DNA from: Zootoca vivipara
Taxonomy: Eukaryota
Reading direction: 5' to 3'
Assembly (NCBI RefSeq): GCF_963506605.1
Contig: NC_083278.1
Span: 31,744,001 to 31,808,000 of the forward strand
Length of the DNA stretch: 64,000 nt
The notes below the pieces were generated by a model. It ran no database searches and was not told the DNA's origin. It was given only the letters and a program-made list of their open reading frames with translations. The translations under genes were made by a program, and so were the position numbers. This document shows positions 23,855 through 33,888 of the stretch, one piece after another. The number at the start of each line of letters is the position of its first letter. Within the stretch, counting starts at the first letter, position 1.

Positions 23855-24390
23855 ACTACAGCTGGTGAAGAATGCCATCACCAGTCCACTTCTGGGTGTG
23901 CTTTATAAGAAGCACGTTACTGCATTATTATTTAAGCTGCTGTGGCTCCTAGTTCATTTTCAGGGAGAATTCAAAGTGCTGTCCATTAGGTTTTAAAGCT
24001 CTATACCTTTAATCAAAATAACCTACTTTGTCAGCTGAGGTGAACAGCTTGGGTTGCGGTTGGTGGTGACTTAGGACAGGGCCTTTTCAGTGATGGAGCC
24101 CAGGCTATGTAATCCCTTTCTCTGGAAGTTTATACAACCCCTACAACACAGACATTGTCTTGGGCTGTAAGGACCATTTTATGCCACCACACCTTTGGTC
24201 TCAGGTGACTTTTTGTTGTCCTGGCTCTTTATTATACTGCTATATTTGTTGCCATTTTCCTAATACTCTTAAGTTTATATATTTTTATTTGACATTTTAA
24301 TAATGTGGTTGTTGGCCTTAATTGCTTTTATTATATAAGTTACAATGACGGTCTCTTGGTAGGAAAGTGAATGAGAACATAAATAAATAA
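23855..24390 (+). mobile_element. Old L2 LINE 3' fragment
   Basis: Degenerate QLVQNA..., TTCAAAGTGCTG, AGGGCCTTTTCAGTG motifs and AT-rich tail. Confidence 0.6.
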
Positions 24391-24927
24391 TTTCCAGATT
24401 GGTTAGATGGCTTTAAAATAATTACAACAATATCTTAATTGCTGGGTAATATATCTGTGTCATTCTATCTGTCTATAACGCACAACACAGACGTACACCA
24501 AAGCACAATATCATAATGAAATATTAGACCATTCTCTACCCTAAAAGGTTAAAAACTGTAGACTTTAAAACACAATTAAGGAAAGGATATATGAAGGTTA
24601 AAAGAAAATAAACCAATATATGTGAAGCTATATCATTTATCAATATCAGGTATGCTGATAATTATTAATAGAGGGGGAAAGGTTAAGAGGCATACTAAAG
24701 AGAAACAGAGATGAATGATCAGGAATGTAATAGCACTGGAAAAGGAGAGAGAGATTTCCACGTTCAGAAAGTACAACTGGAGTGCTCCCCAAATAGTTCC
24801 TCTCCCAAAGGGGCCCTCTCTCTTTAGCCAGGCTTTTCCCCTGGCAGGTCTTGCTTGCCTTGTTTCTTCATTCTGTTAAATTGGCAGTCCAATGACTGAC
24901 AGTAGTGCAATCAGGGCTCACCTGACA

Positions 24928-25001
24928 TTGTTGTTGTTGTTGTTTAATCGTTTAGTCGTGTCTGACTCTTCATGACACCATAGACCACAGCACGCCAGGC
25001 A
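24928..25001 (-). mobile_element. BovB 3' tail fragment
   Basis: (TTG)n followed by TCGTTTAGTCGTGTCTGACTCTTC; matches the copies at 62906 and 63125. Confidence 0.8.
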
Positions 25002-25143
25002 TTAGAAGACAGTAGGCAGACATTAGGCGGACTGATAAAGCTGCTTCAAGTGGCAGATACTGGAGGGGAGCAGCTTTCGGCTGCTTTTAACAAGACTGGC
25101 ATAATTCTGGTTCTTTTTCTTTGGTCTTTGTGGGAGATAACTA

Positions 25144-25327
25144 CAGTGGTACCTCTACTTACGAATTTAATGTGTTCCGAACACACATTCGTAAGTCGAA
25201 AAAAATTGTAAGTCGAATCCCATAGGAATGCATTGGGAGAAAAAATTCATCCAAGATGGCGGACGGAGCTCCATTCGTAAGTAGAAACATTCGTAAGTAG
25301 AGTTATTCGTAAGTAGAGATACCACTG
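25144..25327. mobile_element. Tc1/mariner-type MITE
   Basis: TIR CAGTGGTACCTCTACTTACGAA / TTCGTAAGTAGAGATACCACTG, TA flanks. Confidence 0.9.
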
Positions 25328-25476
25328 TATGGGATTGCCTTGATAAGCTCCTGCACCTCTAGATTTACCAGTAGGAATGATAAACAGCTAGCAGAAGGCT
25401 TTGGGGTTTTATTTTGGAAATAAACACTGAGGGTAGATAAATATTAGCATCTCATTATATAGCACCATTTCATATA

Positions 25477-25691
25477 CAGTGGTACCTCGGGTTACAGATG
25501 CTTCAGGTTACAGACTCCGCTAACCCAGAAATAGTACCTCGGGTTAAGAACTTTGCTTCAGGATGAGAACAGAAATCGCGCAGCAGCAGCGGGAGGCCCC
25601 ATTAGCTAAAGTGGAACCTCAGGTTAAGAACAGTTTCAGGTTAAGAACGGACCTCCAGAACGAATTAAGGTCTTAACCCGAGGTACCACTG
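25477..25691. mobile_element. Tc1/mariner-type MITE
   Basis: TIR CAGTGGTACCTCGGGTTA / TAACCCGAGGTACCACTG, TA flanks. Confidence 0.9.
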
Positions 25692-25739
25692 TAGATTAGG
25701 GTATTGGAATTTATGTTGGGTTCCACCTAGAACAGGCCA

Positions 25740-26160
25740 TCTTCCCACTTCCTAGACCTTCCACCCACAGTGCCTCCAACTTGTCAGGATTCAAGCTGAG
25801 TTTACTGGCCATCTCCTACCCCATTACTGCATCCAAGCACTGGGCAAACACTTGCACAGTTCAGATAATTCAGATGGTATAGAGAGCTAAAGCTGGGTAT
25901 CCTCCAAAAATGAGTGACACCTTGCTTCAAATCCTCAGATTACCTCTCCCAGTGGATTCATATAGACAGATGCTAAAAAGCAGAGGTAAAAGATGGAACT
26001 CTGCAGGACCCCACAGTACAACCACCAAGGTGACAACCAGCACTTGTCCCAGTGCTGATCATTGGTAATAGTCCTGCAGGTTGAAGCAGAACCACTGTAA
26101 TATGGTGCCTCCAACTTCCAACCCACAGAGTGCTCCAGGAGAATACCGTGGTCGAGCCGG
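25740..26160 (-). mobile_element. Old L2 LINE reverse transcriptase fragment
   Basis: LYCGVLQSSI...VYMNPLGEVI resembles the L2 RT motif GVPQGS...IYM.PLG. Confidence 0.65.
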
Positions 26161-27621
26161 TGCTATTTAATTTACTCAAGACATTAGAGGCCTCAAGATT
26201 CAGGTTATATCTGTTTCTTAAAATTTGCATTTATTTCTGAGTTGCTCTGTGCAGGTTCACTTTGAGCTATAATTTAGATTCCAAGCCACTCTGCATAAAA
26301 TGAAGTGTAAATGGCTATAAAAAATTTCCCCTTTGGTCAAAGTGGATGACATTTACAGGCGGAGAAGCCACTCCAGAACCGGATTAAGCCTGACAAATTG
26401 CAGACGAGTAGATCCAGGGGCCTTTTTTGTAAAAGGGAAGTAAAGGGTATTCACTTTCCTCAATAATCCCTTTTGTGGGGGAGCAGGGGTCCATGTCTTG
26501 TTCTTTCTTATCTTAAAACAATGAGGTGGTAACTCACTGGTGTGTATTCTTGCTTGTACATTTTTAAAAACTTTGCCATTTACACTCGCCTTTCCTTTCC
26601 ACAGGCCTCTCAATGGACTATAGAGTTTTGCAGAGCTCTGTCAAACTTTGCCCACATGGGAATTTAGGAATCTGGCCTGCTGGCTGTATCCAGTTCCCCA
26701 CTCCTGCAGCAAATCTATGAGCAGAAATGATATGAACCAGAAATAAACTGATTCATCCACCATATCCTATGAATATTAAAATATTCTGGAATGTGTAACA
26801 GACATTTTTGAACTTCGCAGAGGCATTTAGCTGACTGCATGAATGCTGGAAGAGATAGACCACTGTCTGATCTTGTAAGGCAGTTCTTAGATTTGTAATC
26901 CACTCAGGTAATCTTGCTGGAACATAATAAGCATACCAAGTGTTAACTATCACTCCAGCTGGTCATTTGAATTCACCACTATTCTGTCATACAGTCAACT
27001 GAAGTAATAACAAACATCTGATAGATTATCATTTTTCAGCTTGCTTTTGGTCGGCCTGATAAGCAATCTGTGATAGTTTATCAGTGTTAACAGGCTAACA
27101 TGCTCAACCTGAACAGAGAATGCAACTGCAGTCACCAGAAGAAAAAGAAGTATCACATTCATGTGAGGCTTATAAATGAGAATAAGGAATTTCAATATCA
27201 GTAGAAAGCACAAAGGCAGAAGAAGCAATAGCAAGGTAATCAAGGAGGTGGACAACAAAGCCAAAGCTGCTCAAATATTTATTAATAGGATTAGCAAACT
27301 AAATCCAATTTGCGTGCACAGTATTTTTCTAAAGCAGCATAATTAAAACCTTGTACTAGAAGTATATTATCCATGATACATGCTGCAAAAGATTATTAAT
27401 CCCCAGCACGTTTAATGTAATAGTATATAAAACAATACTCTTAAGCGCATAAAAAAGCAATATGTAATATGTACATACTGCTAGATTTGCCATCTTTCAG
27501 CATGCTAACTTTTACTACCTTGGGTTCCCAGTGAACCCAGTTAATACCAAATGAACAAATGTGTTATCTGTACCACCCTGCAATATATATACACAAGTCT
27601 AGATGTGCCTAGGTGCTATGA

Positions 27622-27830
27622 ACACATGAAACTGCCTTATACACAGCCAGACCATTGATCCAACAAGCTCAGTACTATCTAGTTTAATTGGCACTGATTT
27701 CCCAAGGTGCTGCTAATGAGATCCCATGCACGCCTCTCAGTTCAGCTTGCTGAGATCTTTTAAAACTGGAGATTCTGAGCACTGAGCTTCAGAATGTCAG
27801 CATGCAGGACATGCGCTCTAACCACGAAGC
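27622..27830 (-). mobile_element. Squam2-like SINE, degraded
   Basis: AACTGCCTTATAC...AGACCATTG.TCCA and TGCAGGACATGCGCTCTAACCAC motifs. Confidence 0.5.
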
Positions 27831-28682
27831 TTGATTTTGACACCGTCCTCCTGGGTACCTAAATCGCATACACTTAGATGCACACATTATTCATTTCAAT
27901 CCCTTGGTTGCGGGCATTTATGTCTCTGAACAGAGGTGATGTGCTTCTCATGTTTGCCAATGTGTGTAGCAACATTTGCCCCTAACCTTTAGCAGTAGGT
28001 AAAGGTGGTTCTTATTTTTGCTATGTTCTTAGCCTCTATATGATGATGGCACAGCATTTTTCCATGACATCTTAAGGGGGGGGGGGAGGGACGCCACTGT
28101 GGCCACCACAGAAATGTGGTGGCCATTAGCAAAGCAAATAAGAAAGCATTTCCAGCAAGCATGACAATTCACTTATTAAAACATAGCCAGGGCACCAAAA
28201 CAGGACACCAAAATTTCATACCTGTCCCAGTGGAGACATAATAAGGAAACCTACCATCAATAGGCTTAGTGGAGTACATCCAACAACTTATGACTGGCAT
28301 TTACAAAATAATAATAATAATTATTATTATCATAAGGAAATTCAATAAAGAGGTTATATGCTAGGGGAAATATCAAGTAAACAGCCATTCAAAATATTCC
28401 CCAAAACATAATAATATTTCCCAAAACATAATAATATACTTCAGTTAGTTCTATTTGCAACATTTATGTCTACAATGTGGGCATTTTTTTAAAGAGACCT
28501 ACCCTGAGGCTGGCAAAGGTTTATTGCCACTGATATATCTGCTGAAACTTACAGGGAAGAATATTTCACAAACTGCTTTTGTAGGAGTATTTTGGGATCA
28601 AAAACACATTCAATTAAAAACAGAATATCGAACAAGATCATATCCTATTGGAGAAACATATTTCCCTTGCAATGCCTTATTA

Positions 28683-29028
28683 GGTAAAGGGATCCCTGAC
28701 CATTAGGTCAAGTCATGACCGACTCTGGGGTTGCGGCGCTCATCTCACATTATTGGCCGCGGGAGCCAGCGTACAGCTTCCAGGTCATGTGGCCAGCATG
28801 ACAAAGCTGCTTCTGGCAAACCAGAGCAGCACATGGAAACGCCGTTTACCTTCCCACTGTAGCGGTCCCTATTTATCAACTTGCACTTTGACATGCTTTC
28901 GAACTGCTAGGTTGGCAGGAGCTGGGACCGAGCAACGGGAGCTCACCCCATCGCAGGGATTCGAACCGCCAACCTTCTGATCAGCAAGCTCTAGGCTCTG
29001 TGGTTTAACCCACGGTGCCACCTGGGCC
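28683..29028 (-). mobile_element. Sauria SINE (tandem copy 1)
   Basis: Full body; flanked by AATGCCTTATTA. Confidence 0.92.
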
Positions 29029-29040
29029 AATGCCTTATTA

Positions 29041-29407
29041 AAGGTAAAGGTAAAGTGGCCCTTGACCATCAGGTCCAGTCGTGTCCGACTCTGGGGTTGC
29101 GGCGCTCATCTCGCTCTATAGGCCGAGGGAGCCGGCATTTGTCTGCAGACAGCTTCTGGGTCATGTGGCCAGCATGACTAAGCCGCTTCTGGCGAACCAG
29201 AGCAGTGCACGGAAACGCCGTTTACCTTCCCGCCGGAGCGGTCCCTATTTATCTACTTGCACTTTGATGTGCTTTCGAACTGCTAGGTGGGCAGGAGCTG
29301 GGACCGAGGAACGGGAGCTCACCCCGTTGCAGGGATTCGAACCGCCGACCTTCTGATCAGCAAGCCCTAGACTCTGTGGTTTAACCCACAGCGCCACCTG
29401 GGTCCCT
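29041..29407 (-). mobile_element. Sauria SINE (tandem copy 2)
   Basis: Full body with ACCTTT tail; flanked by AATGCCTTATTA. Confidence 0.92.
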
Positions 29408-30443
29408 AATGCCTTATTATGAAGGGATAAATAAAATTTATGCTAATCCATGGTTCTATATCATTACAGTAATCCATTTTTTTTCATTGTCTTATCATGG
29501 CTTTCCTTGAGCATACTATTCCCTGGGTTTGCTGGACTTCTGTGTAACGAAACAAGAAGGATGATGGCTAGGATTAGGCATCTGTCAGGATCTATGAAAT
29601 TACCATCTTTATGTTCATTGCTTCATATCCTAGTGAGTGATGACTTTTGACAAATACATAACAATTTGTTAGCCTTGCTTGCTAACCTGAATGACACTCC
29701 TGCAATACCCATGCACTTTGTCCTATTGCCTTCTGAAGGCCATAGCTGCTGATTAAATTCTAGGAAAGGCAAAAGAAGAAGACTCTAACATTTAATATAT
29801 TTGAAAATTGCTTTGAAGATGTTACTTTATTCAGGCATACTAAAAAGAAATGTAATACTTGCTCAAGTTTTAGCTTGTATGCTCTGATCTTGAAAGCCCC
29901 CCTTTTTAATTAAAAACAAATCCTAATATTCTTCAGCATCAATCAATATGCTTATTTGCACGACGGAAGGTCACTTGGTGCATATTATGCTATCCCAACA
30001 CAAATTAAACTAAACTCAAGCATATACTCCTCCATCATTAATCACTCAAGGCCACTGAGCAAGGCAGCTAATAAGAATTCCAAAGTTACAAGAACAGAAA
30101 TGGATTTGTTGCAAATCTACTTCCTGCCTCCTTTTTGAAACATTTTCAAGATAACCTGTGCAGAACTCTGCCTACTTCTCTATAGAAACAGTTGTGTATG
30201 CAAAACATCTCAAGCTCTGCTGACTTAATGATGTTGTACTCTTTGTGATGTGAAAGCATGGAGCTTCGCGTATTGTTATCACTCCATCAACCAATGATTT
30301 ATAGGGACAGAGGTGAATTTTGTGATACAATTCTCACCACAAAAGTATGAAAGTGCAATAAAGTACATATTTTAAGAAAAAATACATTTAGAAAAGCATA
30401 CATTGAGATAAAATGTACATTTAAATAAATAAGTTCCTAAATA

Positions 30444-30499
30444 TGAAGTTGGATGGAAATGACGAGGGAATGTTCACTCGTCATTTCCATCCAACTTCA
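30444..30499. repeat. Perfect 23-bp inverted repeat with 10-nt loop
   Basis: TGAAGTTGGATGGAAATGACGAG / CTCGTCATTTCCATCCAACTTCA. Confidence 0.95.
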
Positions 30500-30610
30500 C
30501 ACATACAGAACTGGCATGGATTGGGAATAGACTAATACATCCCATCTGATTTATAGGAGGGAGTCTATGCATATAATCAGCAGACTGAAGTGATTAAACT
30601 TTTTATCACC

Positions 30611-31063
30611 TGTAAGAGAGAGGGCTTGCAGAGAGCAGCCCACTCTGCTTACTTCCATCAGATGGGAGAGCAGCAGCAAGTCTGGGAGTTTAAATCAGGA
30701 ACAGGAAGGGTTAAGACGGGTCCAGGGCTCTGCAGAGTCCTGGTGGCTCAGCTCCAGGCTGGTAGCAGGGAAGCAGGGGAGGAGCTAGCTTCAGCAGGGG
30801 CTGGAAAGGAGGTAGACCGGCACCTCAGGTGCCTGGTTTGGGACCACAGAGGACCCATAGAGCAAGGAGGAGGGGCGTTTGGATGCCCAGGCTTAAAAGG
30901 GGGGTCAGAGCCCACGAGACGCCATTGTGGGCTTCTGCCCCATGCAGAGCAGACATGATTTGAGACATCTCACCACTGTATATAGCATGCACAATAAAAC
31001 TATGAAAATCCAGAGGATGTGTGGAGTGCTTACTCGGGAGTAGCCAACACCCCATCTGTGACA
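30611..31063 (+). repeat. 5' LTR
   Basis: TGTAAG...GTGACA; TATA-like TTAAAA at 30893; AATAAA at 30993. Confidence 0.95.
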
Positions 31064-31065
31064 GC

Positions 31066-31076
31066 AAGCCCACAAT
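31066..31076 (+). promoter_or_regulatory. Self-priming primer binding site
   Basis: AAGCCCACAAT is the exact complement of ATTGTGGGCTT at 30924-30934, the predicted transcript 5' end. Confidence 0.75.
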
Positions 31077-31411
31077 CTTTTGATGGCTACCCCGAGGGAA
31101 GAGGGCTGCAAATGTAGCAGCCGGCATGAAGTTGGCAGCATCTAAAGCAGAAGAGAGAGATGCCAAGGGAGGATTGGCATGTGTGAGGGGAGTAGCAGAG
31201 AGCAAGCTGCAGCCAGCACCCTGCAACTATGGAACGGCTCAAGCACCAGGTAGGCACCCAGGCACAGGGGAAGCCAAGCTTAGTGAACCGAGCAGCTCTG
31301 AACACAGCCAAGCCGGAGGAGCGGAGGCTGGACAAGCAGAGAGGACACTCGGGACGGGCCAGCACTTTGTAGGGCGACCCTCAGCACAAGCTGGCTCTAA
31401 GACTGAGAGGC

Positions 31412-33016
31412 ATGGTGGCGTGGAAGTGCAGGAGGCTGAGAGGCGAGTCCGGGCAGAGGGGACAGACGGAGGGGAAAGGCAGCGGCCACAAGTTCCCATA
31501 CAGTCCCGGGGAGGCAGCTGCAGCACAGCACAGCCCCCTCCAGCCAGATGTGATGCAGAGGGACAAAGCCCGCGCGCGGGTACTTTCAAACGCTGACGCG
31601 GGAAAACAAAGGGAAGAGAAAGGCGGGAGATGCCTTTACAATGCACCCAGCCACTGGGTGGAACACTGCCCCCAGCGGAAGGAATGGCGAGAGCAGGCAG
31701 GCACAGACACAAGCCTGGATGCCAGATCAGGAGGGGAGGGGCCAGGCAGAGCACCAACAACTGAGCCCTCCTGTAACACCCCACAGCACGACAAAGAGAT
31801 GGAAGTAAGTCTGCAGCTGCCAAGAGGCCAGACCCAGGAGACAGTCGGGCTTCTCTGCAGGGGCAGCAGCAATGATTTCCTATCGGTGGACTTTGCTAGG
31901 CAGAATCAGATTCCCCTTTTCCCAAGGAAGCTTCCCATGAGCGTCTCGGCCATAGACGGCAGGGAATTGCAGGAGGGTGAGGTCACGCAACAGACCCCCT
32001 CTCGGAAGATGACAGTGAACAAGCACGCAGAAGTGCTAGCTTTGGACTTAATGGACAATGACCCTGTGGGCAGCCAGCGCCGGGGAGATCTCACCTTTGG
32101 AGATGCAGACGGCAAGGAGCACTGCAGGAAAGAAGGAGAATCCTCAGGATCGCACCACATCAGCTCCCCAGGCGGATGGAACGACGCAGAGGCGGGGATG
32201 CAGGAAGAGAAACTGAGCCAACTCACCAAAGAGGACACTTTTACCCAGAACATACGGAGGGACTTGAGGGAGGGAGAGGGGGCAGGGGAAGGGCTTGCAG
32301 AGAAAGAGGGGTTACTCTTTAGCAATGATGCCCGGTATATGCCCCAGGACTCCCTCAGAGGGAAGATTCTCAGGCAATATCATGACAACCCCACGGAGGG
32401 GCATGCAGTACATGTCTTCACGAGGCTCACACCCAGTAAGGCCAGTCTTGGGCGAAACCCCAGAGCCTTCCCAGAGCAGGGGGAGGGGGAGATTGGGGGA
32501 CCACCTATTGAGGCATGGGGTGAGAGGAGGGAGACAGTACACCAACAACTGGATGGAGACGTGGCAAGGGGCAATGAGGCTTACAAGGAGGGGGCAGACC
32601 ATCACAGGGGACTGGAGAAGGTCTTCCACGGAGGGGACAGGGTCTGGCTGTGGTCAGAAGGCCTTCCCATGGGAGGAAGGGGGAAGAAGCTGGCACCCAG
32701 AAGGCTGGGGCCCTTCAAGGTTCTGACACAGATCAACCCTGTCACCTTCAGGGGGGAAGTACCTACAGCAAGAAAGGTCCATCCCGTGGGTCACAGGTCT
32801 TTGCTCTCACACTTCAGGGAAAGCCCAAGGTTCAGAGGACATGACACACATCCAACACAAGACGCTGACAGGAGGGAGGGGGAGGAAATCACACAAAAGA
32901 CACTAGACAGAAGGGTGGAGGGAGAAGGCAGCCAAGAGGTTCCAGAAAGAAAGGAAGAGGAGGAGGTCTACAGTGCCACAGCGAGCCCGGGCTCCCGAAG
33001 GGGGGAGGGGGGTTAA
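31412..33016 (+). CDS. Minimised Gypsy gag-pro-integrase fusion ORF, 534 aa, catalytically defective
   Basis: Broken Zn knuckle CLY-NAPSHWVEHC, protease-like LLCRGSSNDF, integrase N-terminal HDNPTEGH, GPF motif LGPFKV...VHPVGH; no RT, RNase H or DDE core. Confidence 0.7.
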   Translation: MVAWKCRRLRGESGQRGQTEGKGSGHKFPYSPGEAAAAQHSPLQPDVMQRDKARARVLSNADAGKQREEKGGRCLYNAPSHWVEHCPQRKEWREQAGTDTSLDARSGGEGPGRAPTTEPSCNTPQHDKEMEVSLQLPRGQTQETVGLLCRGSSNDFLSVDFARQNQIPLFPRKLPMSVSAIDGRELQEGEVTQQTPSRKMTVNKHAEVLALDLMDNDPVGSQRRGDLTFGDADGKEHCRKEGESSGSHHISSPGGWNDAEAGMQEEKLSQLTKEDTFTQNIRRDLREGEGAGEGLAEKEGLLFSNDARYMPQDSLRGKILRQYHDNPTEGHAVHVFTRLTPSKASLGRNPRAFPEQGEGEIGGPPIEAWGERRETVHQQLDGDVARGNEAYKEGADHHRGLEKVFHGGDRVWLWSEGLPMGGRGKKLAPRRLGPFKVLTQINPVTFRGEVPTARKVHPVGHRSLLSHFRESPRFRGHDTHPTQDADRREGEEITQKTLDRRVEGEGSQEVPERKEEEEVYSATASPGSRRGEGG

Positions 33017-33435
33017 AATGTCTGATGGCCAGGCAGGACACTCCTGCTTCCCAAAACGCAGAGGCACCTATGCACACCATGCAAGGGGAGGGCCGCACAC
33101 TGGAACTGCACGCTCCTTTCTCCCACAGATCCGAACCACCACATGTCAGTAGCACAGGGGACACAGAGGGGGAGGGCGATCCCAGGTGGGGAGCTTGGGA
33201 GACGCAGACCCAAGGAGCCCTCCGGGAATCGGAAGCAATTGTCCAGAGAGAGGAGGAGGATGACAACGGAGGGAACTACACGGACCAGCCACCCAGCACC
33301 AACTGGGAACAGGATTTTACACACACTACAGCAGAGGAGGAAGACCTGTCAGGCTTCCAGCCCTCTTTACAGACATCAGACCAGGCAACCCAGGCCTCAG
33401 AAAGGGGGGAGGGGGGAGCCTGGAGGGGGAGTGGA

Positions 33436-33888
33436 TGTAAGAGAGAGGGCTTGCAGAGAGCAGCCCACTCTGCTTACTTCCATCAGATGGGAGAGCAGCA
33501 GCAAGTCTGGGAGTTTAAATCAGGAACAGGAAGGGTTAAGACGGGTCCAGGGCTCTGCAGAGTCCTGGTGGCTCAGCTCCAGGCTGGTAGCAGGGAAGCA
33601 GGGGAGGAGCTAGCTTCAGCAGGGGCTGGAAAGGAGGTAGACCGGCACCTCAGGAGCCTGGTTTGGGACCACAGAGGACTCATAGAGCAAGGAGGAGGGG
33701 CGTTTGGATGCCCAGGCTTAAAAGGGGGGTCAGAGCCCACGAGACGCCATTGTGGGCTTCTGCCCCATGCAGAGCAGACATGATTTGAGACATCTCACCA
33801 CTGTATATAGCATGCACAATAAAACTATGAAAATCCAGAGGATGTGTGGAGTGCTTACTCGGGAGTAGCCAACACCCCATCTGTGACA
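33436..33888 (+). repeat. 3' LTR
   Basis: Differs from the 5' LTR at two positions by eye; preceded by PPT GGAGGGGGAGTGGA. Confidence 0.95.

Larger units (their letters stand above)
30611..33888 (+). mobile_element. Non-autonomous Gypsy (Tf1/sushi chromovirus-type) LTR retrotransposon
   Basis: Two 453-bp TG...CA LTRs, 5-bp TSD TCACC, PPT before the 3' LTR, gag/protease/integrase remnants, no RT or RNase H. Confidence 0.95.

Noticed and set aside
33025-33783. 252-aa ORF running into the 3' LTR (env- or accessory-like)
   Set aside because: No signal peptide, transmembrane segment or recognisable domain; GA-rich composition suppresses stop codons
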